A DNA stretch of 64,000 bases from Octopus bimaculoides (taxonomy: Eukaryota), in the NCBI RefSeq assembly GCF_001194135.2, contig NC_068982.1:109300731-109364730 (forward strand), written 5' to 3'. The notes below the pieces were generated by a model. It saw nothing but the letters and a program-made list of their open reading frames with translations, ran no database searches and was not told the DNA's origin. Positions 23,771 through 37,962 of this stretch are shown here, piece by piece; within the stretch, counting starts at the first letter, position 1, and every line of letters begins with the position of its first letter. The position numbers were made by a program, and so were the translations under genes.

Positions 23771-25151
23771 TATGTCTGTAGCACACACACGCATACCCAA
23801 ATGCGCATATGCAAACACTTGCACACACACACACGCACACACACACACACATACATGTATATACCTATGGGATGTAGCTTTGTCAGTATTATATGTGTGC
23901 GGTTTCTATGTCAGGTTTTTTGGGATTGTGAAGCGAAGTATTTGTAGCAGCTTGCCGTGTTCTAGTTGTATGTTGGTGATGCGTCATTTGAATACTTTGT
24001 GCATGGTATTTGCGTTGCATTTTCTTTTATGTACCTATATTGGTACGTATATATAAGTTCGTTTACAAATATACCACGTATACGTATATATTGTGTGCGT
24101 GCGAGTGTGTAGGTGTGTGTGCGAGTATGAATATGCCCACAAGCCCATATACACATATAGGTTTTGTGCGCGTATGTATATATAAGTGAATGTGTGTGTA
24201 TATGCATGTATGTGTGCATTATGTACTTCTGTTTATGTGTTTTCTATTAGAGCCAACAGTTTTTCATTCAACAGAATGTAACGTTTATATCTAGTATCTA
24301 AGGGTAATAATTGTTTTCAGCAATTATTTTTCTTAAATTATTTTAGTAACTTGAAAATATAAGGAATAAATAATAATTAGTTTATTTAGTATTTATAACT
24401 ACACCTTTTCTAATTTCAGTATAGATTAAACATGCCAACCGCGGTAAAAAATTAGGCAAAAGTAGAAATGTAGGAAAATATTTATTGAAATAGCTTTCAC
24501 TCTTGACGGTATGGACATGTACTTATAATTTAATAATACAATCCCTCTGGAAGATATTGTACTAGGAAAGTAGATTTTGTATGAAAACAAAACGAACTTT
24601 GAAGTGTTCCAAGTAATTAAAAAATCTAAGACGTTTCATGAGATGTTGGTTGCATGTGTGCGCGCGCGTATGTGTGCGTGTGTGTACGAGAGGGAGAGAG
24701 AGANNNNNNNNNNNNNNNNNNNNNNNNNNNNNNNNNNNNNNNNNNNNNNNNNNNNNNNNNNNNNNNNNNNNNNNNNNNNNNNNNNNNNNNNNNNNNNNNN
24801 NNNNNNNNNNNNNNNNNNNNNNNNNNNNNNNNNNNNNNNNNNNNNNNNNNNNNNNNNNNNNNNNNNNNNNNNNNNNNNNNNNNNNNNNNNNNNNNNNNNN
24901 NNNNNNNNNNNNNNNNNNNNNNNNNNNNNNNNNNNNNNNNNNNNNNNNNNNNNNNNNNNNNNNNNNNNNNNNNNNNNNNNNNNNNNNNNNNNNNNNNNNN
25001 NNNNNNNNNNNNNNNNNNNNNNNNNNNNNNNNNNNNNNNNNNNNNNNNNNNNCAGTACAGTGGAGACCACTTAGGTGTACTATTAATTTTATCCTTGTAG
25101 AACCACCACCATCACCCCTCCCCCCCCCACCATCACCACCATCACCACCAT

Positions 25152-25205
<54 letters not shown>

Positions 25206-25994
25206 AACAACAACAACAACAACAACAACAATAATAATAAAAAACATTGGAAGAAATAACACAAATGAGTCAACATAACTTGTCTTGTTTGAACCGGTTT
25301 TTGCCGCTTTCTACATGTATTTTCTCACTAACGTGTCCTACTTCAATTTACTTCCTCGACTTATATGCTTTTTTTAAAAACGATTTGAACTTGAACCTAA
25401 TACTGATACGTCATTATTAATATACAATTGATCTGCTTTAGGAGTAAATTATTCTATATAATTTTCCATGTAAATAAGCATACATATATTTATATATGCA
25501 CATATATATGTGAATCTATGGAAAAGAATATATACATGTAAATCTGCATATATATACATATATGTACATTATAGACAAGTTCTTTCCTTCCTTTCAGTAT
25601 ACACACACACGCACATACACACACGGACACGAGTGCGCGCACACACAGAGGCACACACACGCACAAATACAAACACACACACACACTCACATACACCACA
25701 CCACACCACAACACAATACACACATATATGTATGTATAGCACTGAGTACGCAATTGTAATTTTATTTTTTCTCATAGTTCGTACGAGTTCCATATAGTTT
25801 GTTTCGAACGACAAAGTTCCTAAAATCGATCACCAATGTTTCTAGATATTCATAGCATCATTTTAAAGGTAAAGTGATGCTGGCGTGTTGCTGCATCTTT
25901 ATAATAAAGCCCAATGTGATTACCACCGGAAACAAAGACACAAACACCCACCACGCACACACTCGCTCGCCTTATATGTATGTAAATATGTATG

Positions 25995-26034
<40 letters not shown>

Positions 26035-26192
26035 TATATACATACAGGTATAAGTTAGAGGTGTTTAAAGCCTCTAAGGGACAGATATATCCAAAGGCAC
26101 TCCTGGTAATTACCTCAGTATGTATAGTCCTTGGTAAAAGGTATACGGCAGCAGGTAATTTGGCGGGTAAACCGTAGTTTAATTTATATAGA

Positions 26193-26551
26193 CGATTAGA
26201 AAATAGAGGAAAAATAACAATAAGAAGTGTGTCTTTTGCGCTAGGAAGCCATTATTTAATTAGTTAAGAAAGGTGAGAGTGAGAGTGAGTTTAGGATCGT
26301 TTCTGTGTACCATGGTGAAGAAAATATATATTTACATGTTTGCCTCGTTGCCAATGGTAGACATCATCAGAACGAAGAAGTCAGAGGTAGAGAACAGGGA
26401 AAGGTAGAGGGATACATCGGAAAAGAAAATGATCCAAGGTTCGAAATGATAAAAACTCACTCTCATTCTCACCTTTCTTAACTAATTAAATAATGGCTTC
26501 CTAGTGCAAAAGACACACTTCTTATTGTTATTTTTCCTCCATTTCTTATCG
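26193..26551. mobile_element. MITE-like element with about 100-bp terminal inverted repeats
   Basis: 26193-26292 vs the reverse complement of 26453-26551 differ at about 5 positions. Non-coding 160-bp spacer and TA-rich flanks on both sides. Confidence 0.8.
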
Positions 26552-27554
26552 TATATANNNNNNNNNNNNNNNNNNNNNNNNNNNNNNNNNNNNNNNNNNN
26601 NNNNNNNNNNNNNNNNNNNNNNNNNNNNNNNNNATATATATATATATATATAAAACAAAATAAGCAACAGGATATCCAGGGGTAATGCAGTACGATCGTT
26701 TCAAGCGACTCCATTTAATTGAACAATGCAACCATTGCATCAATTTAAATGCAGAGCAATCCTCAGCTGTATAAATACATAGAATTAAATTAAATTAAAT
26801 CAGATGGACACGTTAGCATAATTTTGTCTAAAACCTCCAAGAAGGTAAGGAGATTGTACTGATTTTGATGGATATTTACTTTTAATATTTTTAGTCTGAA
26901 ATTAAAGCACATTTCATATATTACAATAAAATAAAAGCGATATCGTATAGTTAGTGTGCTAAACAAAGTTAGTATACTATCCATATGAATTTTTCCTGCC
27001 TAGCTGATCAAATTTCATCATGGTTTTAGTAATTAATTTATTTATTCCTTTCTTAAAGTGTTCCACCCTCCTGATCTTAGTATTTATAAGGGCCTTTATG
27101 TAAGTATCTCTTCTAATTAAGTACCCCTAAGAAACTATAATATCATGTATGGATTAACACTAATAACTTTTAAAACCTATAATATACCTCTTAGTTTATA
27201 ATTAGTATATAGTTAGCATGTCCTATAACATCAATATTCCTTTAGCTAATACCAAATAAACAATTTTTAGTTTAAATACTTAGATTATTATACATTTTCT
27301 ATAAATCTTCTCTATTGATGTTAAGTGGGCCCTACCTGCAAGGTCATGCGCTGTTTATCTTGAAATGAGATCGCCATATCACGCACATATATTTGTGAAG
27401 CCTTTGCCTGGTGTACCCTTTTCAGACGGGTAATGATGGGCTTCGTATATTTAACCCCAGTGTTATTTTGTGTTCTCTCACTCAATAATAGTTATAATAT
27501 TAATAACAAAAAAGAAAAAAAAAAGAAAAAAAAGAAAACAAACGAAATCAGCAA

Positions 27555-27770
27555 GATAGATATATATACCAAGACCAGAAGGGAGCAATGAGCAGATTGT
27601 GGGGTTGCAGAAAGAGTAAGGTTGTGCCAATTATCATTGGAGTCTTAGGAATGACGCGGAAGAGTTTCAAGGAGTGGACAGAAATGATCGGCTTGCAGAA
27701 GCACCTAGAAGGCATGCAATTGGCTTGCTTGTTAGGAACAGTGAAGATCATTTGAAAGTTCTTGGATGGC
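27555..27770 (+). mobile_element. R4/Dong-type RLE-LINE extreme 3' fragment
   Basis: From 27588: MSRLWGCRKSKVVPIIIGVLGMTRKSFKEWTEMIGLQKHLEGMQLACLLGTVKII*, the typical C-terminus of these elements. Confidence 0.8.
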
Positions 27771-28065
27771 TGAAGTCACAGCTGGTGACTTGTTATCAAA
27801 GAGTAAATCCACCTGAATTCCATGATAGGAGTGAAATACAAAATGTTTTGAAATATTCCAATTCTATCACATGGAACATTCCAGTTGTTTATCTATTCTT
27901 TGAATGAAGGAAAGCGACACGCTTAAGGGAACTATCTCAGTTACATACTTAGATGTATCCAATGAGTTATTGGTCAAACACATGCACAATCAAAGTTGGT
28001 GGAGCTCCGAACAATTTAAAGTGTCATAGTGCTCCGGAGGTGTGGATAATGTCATTCAGATTTGT

Positions 28066-28167
28066 GGTTGGAGGTCGTAATTGGGTATGTGTAACAACAA
28101 CCATGGGTTGGAGGTTGTAATTGGGTATGTGTAACAACAACCAGGTAATTGGGTATGTGTAACAACA
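28066..28167. repeat. 40-bp tandem repeat, two copies plus a partial third
   Basis: GGTTGGAGGT(C/T)GTAATTGGGTATGTGTAACAACAACCA at 28066 and 28106, partial copy at 28145-28167. Confidence 0.9.
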
Positions 28168-28552
28168 CTTTAACGTAAGGTCAGTTTATGAATTATCAGT
28201 GTAGGTATGTTTAAATGACAAAAAATGCATCACCAAATAACGTACTGGAAGAGCACAACATTAATCATTGTTGCAGATACTGAAAAATAATTTGTCTCCC
28301 ATCGTGCAAAAAGAAATAACACGAAATATATTGCCAGTAATTGTTATCTTCTGTTGTATTTCTCATATGACAATAAGGCTCGCGTAGGAGAAAAAATGTG
28401 TAGGAAGTAAAGGAAACTGATGAAGGAAAAGACGAGGTTCTATTGAAAGAGAGTGACGAAAATGAACAGATGCTGACAACAATGAAAACACTATCAGATA
28501 CTTGGTTTCAAGTATGCATTAAGTTGGATAGATTAATTTCCAAAACACCGTG

Positions 28553-28584
<32 letters not shown>

Positions 28585-30179
28585 NNNNNNNNNNNNNNNN
28601 NNNNNNNNNNNNNNNNNNNNNNNNNNNNNNNNNNNNNNNNNNNNNNNNNNNNNNNNNNNNNNNNNNNNNNNNNNNNNNNNNNNNNNNNNNNNNNNNNNNN
28701 NNNNNNNNNNNNNNNNNNNNNNNNNNNNNNNNNNNNNNNNNNNNNNNNNNNNNNNNTATATATATGTAAATATGTGTATACACACACACACGCAATTCAG
28801 GAACAAATAAGAACAAAGGGAAGATGCATACGTGCTTGTGTAGGTGGCTACCTACACAAGGGACATTACTGATTAATATTATTACAATGTAATTTCATTG
28901 AAATAATTTTTATAGAATCAAGTGTGAAGACTCGATATTAGATGCTAGAAGTGTATTAGAATTATACCTATAGGAACGACGTAATTATCATTGTTGGAAA
29001 GAAGAATGGCTAATAAGTTCGTTACATTTTGTGAAGATTTAATAATCAAAATAAGAAAAATGGCAGCAGTAAAAATTATTGAAATCGTACAAGTATGTCT
29101 GCGGAATTTAGTGATAAATCTCTGAATCAAATCTCTCTAAGATCGACTTAACATTTCATTCTAATAGAATGAAATCGACATTAAATAATCACATATTCTG
29201 TTTATATATTCTGTTGACATACTAATGCACGAAACGGATAATATATCAAATTACCTGGTCATGCGTGCGCCGTTCATGTTCACTGACTTACAACGTTGTT
29301 ATAGTGTGTAAATTTTATCAATAGTTTAAGATAGGAATGATTATTTTTGATGGTGTAGAATCATATCAATGCCTGAGGTTATGCATATGCATGATTTCGA
29401 TAAGGTTGATGCAACGAACACACGACGGGGTAAATGATTATGATGTTTTAGGTATAAGTTGGTTGTGTGTAAGTTTTGGTGGTCATCTATGAGTTGAAAG
29501 TTGTTTCATAAACAGTATCTCAAAACAAGGCCTGATATCCATTTGAGGGTATATTTAGGAGATGTCAAGTGCTCAATATCGTTAAAAATATGTTAAGGTA
29601 TACATAGAAACACAGATGATAACGACTTCTCTGAAATATTTTATATAGTCACTCGTAATTAAAAAAAAAACAAAACAAAAACAAAGAATATGCCAAAAAG
29701 CTTTTCAATCAGCAGTCTAAAAATTCAAGAACGTTGCATAGCTATTTTATAGAATGAAAAGAAACACTGTTTTATAATTAACACGGAATTAACCTCAGAA
29801 AATTTAGCTACTCTTTCTACATAGAAGAACTGTTAAATGAAAATAAAGAAATAAAAAACGAAAACTTCAAGGGAAGATCATACCGATCACTTAGAAACGC
29901 TTACAGGAAAGTAATGAAGCTATTGCACGCTTGAAGATATCTACTCAAGGAATACTTCAGTTTTTTGGAATGTTTGCTGTTTAAGTATATCAAAATGTAA
30001 TGTGTGGGGTAATATATGTTCATGGTTGTTGGCAGCATTCTTTGCAGCTTGGATATATAATTATCTTAGTAGTATATTCACACGCATACACACAAACACA
30101 CTAACACATGCATACACATCTAACATACGACGGTTGGTGTGTTTCTGTGCATATATTCGTACGTGTGCGTATCTGTGAG

Positions 30180-30327
<148 letters not shown>

Positions 30328-31150
30328 CAAAAAATGGAACAAAAACGTATTAGACAACAACTAAACATTCGGACAGTAGATAATACAAAAAAGGACAGGA
30401 AAAAACAAAGACGGGACATTCGGAGCTTTCAATCTTCAATCGAGAAGCAAATCGTCTTTGCAGTTTAGGCCGGTTAATCTCGAGATTGCTCTAATCTGGC
30501 CAGCCCCAAGGAAATCTAAGCTAAGAGCACTAGATTCTTTGGAAGAAAGCAAACGAATATATACGAAAAAAAAAAACGGAGAAATGGTACACGGTTACAA
30601 ATACAAACAACAAGTGTCTTTCGACTAAGGACGAATTGAATTAAGCTGGCATGTGTGGAAGTATATTTATTTATTTATGTGTTTCAGCCAAGTGGCTGCG
30701 GTCATGCTGGTGCACCACCGTGAAAATATGTATATATGTATATATATCAAGTGCAAAAATACGGTTAGAAGACAAAATGGTGTGGAATTGTTTGAGATAA
30801 AATATTTTCATAGACTTGTTGCATTAAAAGCGCAATATATATTGGTGCGAGACGAATATTGTCGCTGCAGTGACTCACGNNNNNNNNNNNNNNNNNNNNN
30901 NNNNNNNNNNNNNNNNNNNNNNNNNNNNNNNNNNNNNNNNNNNNNNNNNNNNNNNNNNNNNNNNNNNNNNNNNNNNNNNNNNNNNNNNNNNNNNNNNNNN
31001 NNNNNNNNNNNNNNNNNNNNNNNNNNNNNNNNNNNNNNNNNNNNNNNNNNNNNNNNNNNNNNNNNNNNNNNNNNNNNNNNNNNNNNNNNNNNNNNNTATA
31101 TATATATATATATATATATATACATACATACATACATACATACATACATA

Positions 31151-32417
31151 CAGGGTTATTCAAAAAGAATGTACCGATTTCATTACGCCGATTTCATTTT
31201 AATAAGGAAAAGCAATAGAAAACCCCAGCTAAGTCACAAGTATTTACTCAGAATCACTTTTATTTCCTGTGGCCACCACCTGCAGCACGGGAAACATCAA
31301 TGCGAATAGAGAATTCCTCCCAGACGCGTATCAGCATATCATGATCCACTGAATTGATCGCTGTTGTTATTCGATGTTTAAGGTAATCGAGGTTAGTGGG
31401 TAGCGGTGGAAGTTTTACATATCCTCACAAGAAAAAATCCCACACGGTAAGGTCTGGGGATCTCGCAGGCCAAGCACAAAGAGTAATCCATTGCTAAGGC
31501 ATTTTTTCATTTAAAAACACTCGAACCATCAGGTGCCAATGGGGCGGTACTCCANNNNNNNNNNACCATCAGGTGCCAATGGGGCGGTACTCCATCTTGT
31601 TGAAAAATGAAGTCATGCGAATCTGCTTGCAGTGAAGTGAAGAGCCAGTTTTGGAGCATATCGAGATAGGTTTGTCCTGTAACGGTGTTTCCTTCAAAGA
31701 AAAAGGGACCATAAACTTTATCCTCAGACACAGTACAGAAGATGTTTACGTTAGGGGGATCTCTTTCATGCTCAACTGTTTCATGTGGGTGCTCTGTGAC
31801 GGTTGGCTGTGCCGCTCAAGTGAAAAGTCACTTCATCACTAAAAATTAAACGTGAAATGGTTTCATCCTCCATCATCTCTAGTATAGATTCGCAAAACTC
31901 CATCCGCTTCCTCTTGTCGTCCTTAGCAAGTGCCTGAACGAGGCGTAATCTGTATGGTTTCAAATGTAGACGTCTTCTTAGCACACGCCAGATAGTGTAT
32001 TGAGGGATCGCAAGCTCACACTAGCTCAATTTGTGGACTTCCGCGGGCTCCCCTCAGACGCAGCACGGATTCTCGCCACTTGTTTCTCTGAAATTTGTGG
32101 TCGTCTTGGACTTTTTCCTTTACACAGACACCCACTCTCTTGAAACTGTTGAAACCACCGTCGAATGTTCTTAGGAGAGGGCGGATTAATATCGAATCGC
32201 CTTCGAAAAGCACGCTGCACCGTTACAACCGAATTTGTTTTCTCGAACTCGAGAACGAAGGATGCCTTTTGCTGAGGATTCGCCATTCTGAGTGTAAACA
32301 AACAACTGAAAGTTGCCGGAAGAACAACGCGACTGCAGTAGCCCTGTGGCAGCCATTCAGAACTTAGAAAACTCCACCGCTACCCACTAACCTCGATGAC
32401 CTTAAACATCGAATAAC
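31151..32417 (-). mobile_element. Tc1/mariner element of probable DD41D (rosa-like) type, transposase pseudogene
   Basis: TA|CAGGGTTATTCAAAAAGAATG terminus at 31151. Minus-strand MANPQQKASFVLEFEKTNSVVTVQRAFRRRF...RRWFQQFQESGCLCKGKS, LIFSDEVTFHLSG, YGPFFFEGNTVTGQTYLDML, FIFQQDGVPPHW, WPARSPDLT. The D-to-D spacing cannot be counted because of the gap at 31555-31564. Confidence 0.88.
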
Positions 32418-33688
32418 NNNNNNNNNNNNNNNNNNNNNNNNNNNNNNNNNNNNNNNNNNNNNNNNNNNNNNNNNNNNNNNNNNNNNNNNNNNNNNNNNNN
32501 NNNNNNNNNNNNNNNNNNNNNNNNNNNNNNNNNNNNNNNNNNNNNNNNNNNNNNNNNNNNNNNNNNNNNNNNNNNNNNNNNNNNNNNNNNNNNNNNNNNN
32601 NNNNNNNNNNNNNNNNNNNNNNNNNNNNNNNNNNNNNNNNNNNNNNNNNNNNNNNNNNNNNNNNNNNNNNNNNNNNNNNNNNNNNNNNNNNNNNNNNNNN
32701 NNNNNNNNNNNNNNNNNNNNNNNNNNNNNNNNNNNNNNNNNNNNNNNNNNNNNNNNNNNNNNNNNNNNNNNNNNNNNNNNNNNNNNNNNNNNNNNNNNNN
32801 NNNNNNNNNNNNNNNNNNNNNNNNNNNNNNNNNNNNNNNNNNNNNNNNNNNTGTGTGTGTGTGTGTGTAAACCAATACTCTAACTATTATATACCCGATC
32901 AAAAACGATTTTGCTCTTCGAAAGTGTAGCAATATTTTTTGTTATGGTCATTTTGAGTAAAGTTTCAAATACGTCTCATGAATAATTGCCTTTTTCTTTA
33001 TGACTAGACATTGGTATCGTATCTTCCTTCGATGTACCAGAGGGGAAATCTAAAGCAGCATGAAGCGCACGTAAAAGTAATTGCTGAAATTTTATGTATA
33101 TATTAATAGGTATTGGTTTATAAACAATGCATTTTGAAATAGAGTAGGCATAACATCTCTACTATAACCTAATATAACTTATGGTTCTTAGAACCAGTCT
33201 TTGATTATACATCGTATGGAAGTGCGATACATAACTATATTAGCGTATAAACTTAAGATTTTGTCTCGTTACTACTAAAATATTTGCTTATCAGTATTTG
33301 TTGGAACCGTTCAAAGCCAGTTTTACTCATAATGTTGCATTCTTTTGATTTGTTTCCCCTTGTTGTTGCTTATTCTTAAGGAACAGTATTAATTTCTATT
33401 TACAGTATTAGTTTCTTATATCTGCGTTGTTTCATTCACTAACACAATAATCTTATATACAACCCTCCTGCACACGAATGTATTCGCACACATAGAAGAT
33501 ACAGAAAGACGCGTTCAGACATGTATGTATACATTAACCAAGCCAATCATATTCCATTATTTTACTCTTTTATACAGAGAAGTAATTTACTGTCGACGGG
33601 TCTATACTTTCTCCACCACAAATGTGCATCGTGAGATACAACAGAACAGTTTGAGTTGTTTATGTGGAAAGCAGTTTTAGTAATAATG

Positions 33689-33752
<64 letters not shown>

Positions 33753-36479
33753 CAACAACAACTTTCCGTTGGATTATTTCCAAGATTTATACATATGCTG
33801 AGAATTTGCCACAAATGTGTGAATGATACATACCTGGAAATTTAGACAGAGCCAGCATGAATGAAGGCTATAAACAAAACATATTCTATGTCAAAGAAAG
33901 AAAGATTATAAATGAAAGTGCTTACAAATTTTTGTAAAATCCACTTTCAAGTAGTGAAAAATGACAATTATAATACGAAAGCCTAAAATTCTGAAATTGT
34001 AAAATCTGAATTAGCTATAAAGGAAACTGATATCTTGCAAAATAACGGAAGAAAAATAATCATTTTTATCCTTTTATCCAGAGACTGAATCATTATTAAG
34101 ATTATTCCTTGTTTCATAACTTGTGGTTTAAATATTTATATCTAATCTTCTGTTGCTTTGGTACCTATTCAACTCCTTCAATGGAAATTTTCCGTTTTGA
34201 AAATCAAGATTAATGTTATGTTTCTTTCATCTCGGGCTGTCATTATGTTAACAGGAAATATAGCCATATCCCAGAGGAAAGTATTTTCTTACTTATTAAA
34301 AGTCAAGATTTGATACTTTTTTTCCAGCTATTCTCTTATGTGTGAGTAGGTATTTAGTGCGAACTAGATATCTACTCAAGGCTAATATAGTTTCTTTTAA
34401 TCCCGAAAAACAGAGTGATAAACAATAGTATTCGTACACAAGATGTTCTACTAAAGCTCATAAATCTATTCGAAGGATTGTATCTACTAATATGACACAT
34501 TTGGTCTTAGGGAGCGGTTTGCAATCTTTTTTATCCACCGAATTTTGGAGGTTTAAGATTGAATGAATAACACAAGTTCACTGAATTCGAAAATATAGTC
34601 TTTGAAATGTACGCAGATATTGGTGTTCATTTTAGTCCTGATACCATAATAATCAACAAAATAGAGTGAATCCATGTACTCGTTTGTCAGTGTTGGTGGG
34701 TCACTTTACTGATTTATCAGTGAAAATTAAACATTTTGAAAATTCTTTGATGTACCTCAAGGTAAAAAATTGCATTGAGCAGTCTAAATATTTACAAAGC
34801 TTCAATCCCACCAAGTCAAATATAAAATTTAGAATCACTTAATATTATATGATATTTTTGAAACTACTTATACTTCGTAAAGAAAGCACACCCAGAAACG
34901 TTTGTGAAGATTATAAATCGATGTGACCTTCCTTTAATGATATGGTCGTTAAACCCCCTAGAAACTCTTCCGCTCGGTCGAATTTTCTTTTGGCAGAATT
35001 ACCTCGTTGTAGTGAAATCATGTTAAACAATACTTACTCATGTAGTTTAGCTCACCAACGGAATATTTAATAATCATTTAAAGTCGACACGTTTTCATTT
35101 ATGAGTCAAGATAGTAAATTTTGATTGCGGCTTGGAAAAGTCAATCTGATACGCTAAAACTTGTTTCTTATTTCTTTTCATAAAATTTCCTTAGAGATCA
35201 GAATATCGAAATACATTAATCTTAATGAACTGAATAGCAACATAACAATATTGCTATCATACGTAGAAAAAAATCTATTGTGTTTATATTGTACACAATT
35301 ACAGTCTCTGGAGTACTATAACTTTATAATAAAATGTCATATCTGTAAATTATCTAAAAATTGCTCAAATAGTTTCCCTCTCATTTCAGCAGTTGTGCAC
35401 TTTCATAGTGACGGTCGTATGTAAAAATCATCGGTAATATTCAGTTCCACATCTATAATGTTGTCGATTGCAACATAAACTGATGAATATTAATATCTGC
35501 TGTCATTGCCTAAACAATGAGTGTGGCAAATATATCTTCCATAACCACAGATTTCTTCATACTCTTGACAATATTTTACTCGCACGACCAATGGTCACTC
35601 TCTCTTCTAGAAACTATGGTATTCTCAGCAGAATCACTCACAAGAGTAGTATATTTTGCATTAATCAACTGTACATTATCAGTGGATACATATTATTTCT
35701 GAATTCTAACTCAAACTGTGAATACTTTAGCTACTCATCTTCGTGGTGTCAGCAACATAATTACTCGTTTATTCTTTAGTGTTTTCAGTCATTGGTCTGT
35801 AGTTATAATGGGGTTCGATTTTCGGAGTTTTTAACCGATTATAATACCTCAATAACTTTGTCCGCTACGTATAAGTTTGTAGATGAAAGACAAAGCCAGC
35901 CAAGCATAAAGGAAAGTAAATAACTCGGAACGTACACCATAGGATATTTCAGTTCAGTGCAGCCAAAATGTCTCAAAATGTGATCTTTTCAGAACTAACC
36001 TTACAAGGAAAAAAAAAAAAAAGACCGCCGCGTGACACATTGAAAGAATCGATTTTGCCATCAAAACAAAATAAATTAGGATTTGATCATTAATCCCTAA
36101 TTTGAAAAGCTATAAAACTACATTCATCAAAGCCACACTTATCTCTTCAACACCAACAGGAAGTATCTGTACACTTTTACGTTGTCTGAAAACTTTACTT
36201 TGTCACTAAATTCTTACAAAGATCCACACTCTAGACCTTACTGGCGTTAAGTGAATTAAACAATCCAGAGATATTTCTTGATTGAGAAAAGTTGTGCCCA
36301 TTTTAGAGTGCTGATAGCAATGGAATTTCAATATCTGGCACTTCTATATTTGTTTAGAGGTTAATTGACTAGGTTCATCGTACAGTTGGTTGGAAATATT
36401 TTGCTAAGTTACGCAGACATTAAGAAATAGAATGTAATGATAATGCAGGATTATCTTCAAGTAATGCCCCAAGGAGCTT

Positions 36480-36873
36480 ATTATCAAACTCAACTGGACG
36501 TCCTGTTCGGTTTTCATCTTCAAGGTTGAAATCTCCACTTCTGAATTTTGCAAGCCATCTTCTGAAAGTTCTTCCATTCAAGCATTCTTTCCCATAAACT
36601 GAGTGTATGTTTCGAGTCGCTTCGGCTGCAGAGTTTCCTTTTTTGTACTCAAAGCATTATGTGCCTTAAATGCTCCTTGGATATTCCATGTTAGAAAGGG
36701 TTTTAATCAAAGAAATTTTAATTTTATTATTCTGTAAAATAATATTTAATTAGTTTAAATGTACACAAATGCATAAAAATAATTTTTAATTCGATTAGAC
36801 ATTCTAAAATACTATTAAATTTCATTCAATTTTAAAAAAGGTAAAATCGGACAGAACTTATGGGATGACCTGA
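36480..36873 (-). mobile_element. Mariner 5' fragment (TIR and N-terminal HTH)
   Basis: Minus strand begins TA|TCAGGTCATCCCATAAGTTCTGTCCGATTT and encodes EYKKGNSAAEATRNIHSVYGKECLNGRTFRRWLAKFRSGDFNLEDENRTGRPVEFD, then breaks off. Confidence 0.9.
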
Positions 36874-36949
36874 TANNNNNNNNNNNNNNNNNNNNNNNNN
36901 NNNNNNNNNNNNNNNNNNNNNNNNNNNNNNNNNNNNNNNNNNNNNNNNN

Positions 36950-36986
<37 letters not shown>

Positions 36987-37916
36987 CCCGTCTGTCGAAA
37001 CGAGAAATGTTTGCCACAAGCATCTCATCAGTTTTTTTTTTATATAAAAACAAACAAATTATGTACGTCTAAACTTGAGAGAAAGATCGAGCCTTGTTCA
37101 TGCTAACTTTTCATAAAAATATGCACTGCAATCTGGTTTTTTTTAAAGTGAGAAATTATGATATTATTTCAAAATAGTAATATTACCTAGATGTTCGCAA
37201 TTGTTCGCTACTACAGAAATTATCTAAGGTTCTTATTCCGTAATTATGTACCTCTAGCTGGCTAATTGAAGTAGTGATATGTCACAAAATGTTTGGCAGA
37301 AACATCAAAAATCTACAAAAAATGGTGATCAACTTGCTGAAGAATACCGCCCTGCCGACTAGAATCAACTCACTAAGAAGACCGAGATTCTACTCAGACA
37401 CATGAAGAGGAATGCTTACCCTTTCGACAAAGAGGCGTGTCTTTTCACCTAGTTTGACTGATCTGAAGACGTGGTTGCATGCCTCGAAAACTCCAGAATG
37501 CCAGGCCACTTCACTGGCCTAAATAAACTACAGTACCCAACGTCTGTACTAAATACTACTTCTTTGGATCATTATTTAACAACGGATATATTTATGTATG
37601 TGTGTGTGTGTGAGTGTGTTTATGTATATATTATAAACGTATATGCATAGGACGCGCACACTTATACACTCACACATCTATATTTATTTGTGTGTATATG
37701 TGAACACATGTATGTGAATATATATGTATATATGTGTTCATATATGTTTATGTATACATATGTTTATACAAATATATCTATATGCCAAGATATATTTGTG
37801 AGTATATAAACATACACACACATGTATATGAATATGTTTATATATAAAATTAGACCGATTCTAGACTTTCTATACATGTATAGTAGATTCGCTTATTTAA
37901 CTCACGCACGATCTGC

Positions 37917-37962
<46 letters not shown>

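Noticed and set aside
28835-28860. Perfect 11-bp hairpin CTTGTGTAGGT-GGCT-ACCTACACAAG
   Set aside because: One or two stems of this length are plausible by chance in 64 kb, and there is no supporting context.
31525-31594. 30-bp direct repeat around a 10-N gap
   Set aside because: Identical sequence on both sides of a nominal gap is typical of unmerged overlapping contig ends, and it interrupts a transposase.
35380-35800. Possible host exon or hAT remnant
   Set aside because: Plus-strand ORFs show no recognisable motif. The minus strand has only a faint hAT-like echo (STDNVQL, EDIFATL) with many stops, too weak to call.
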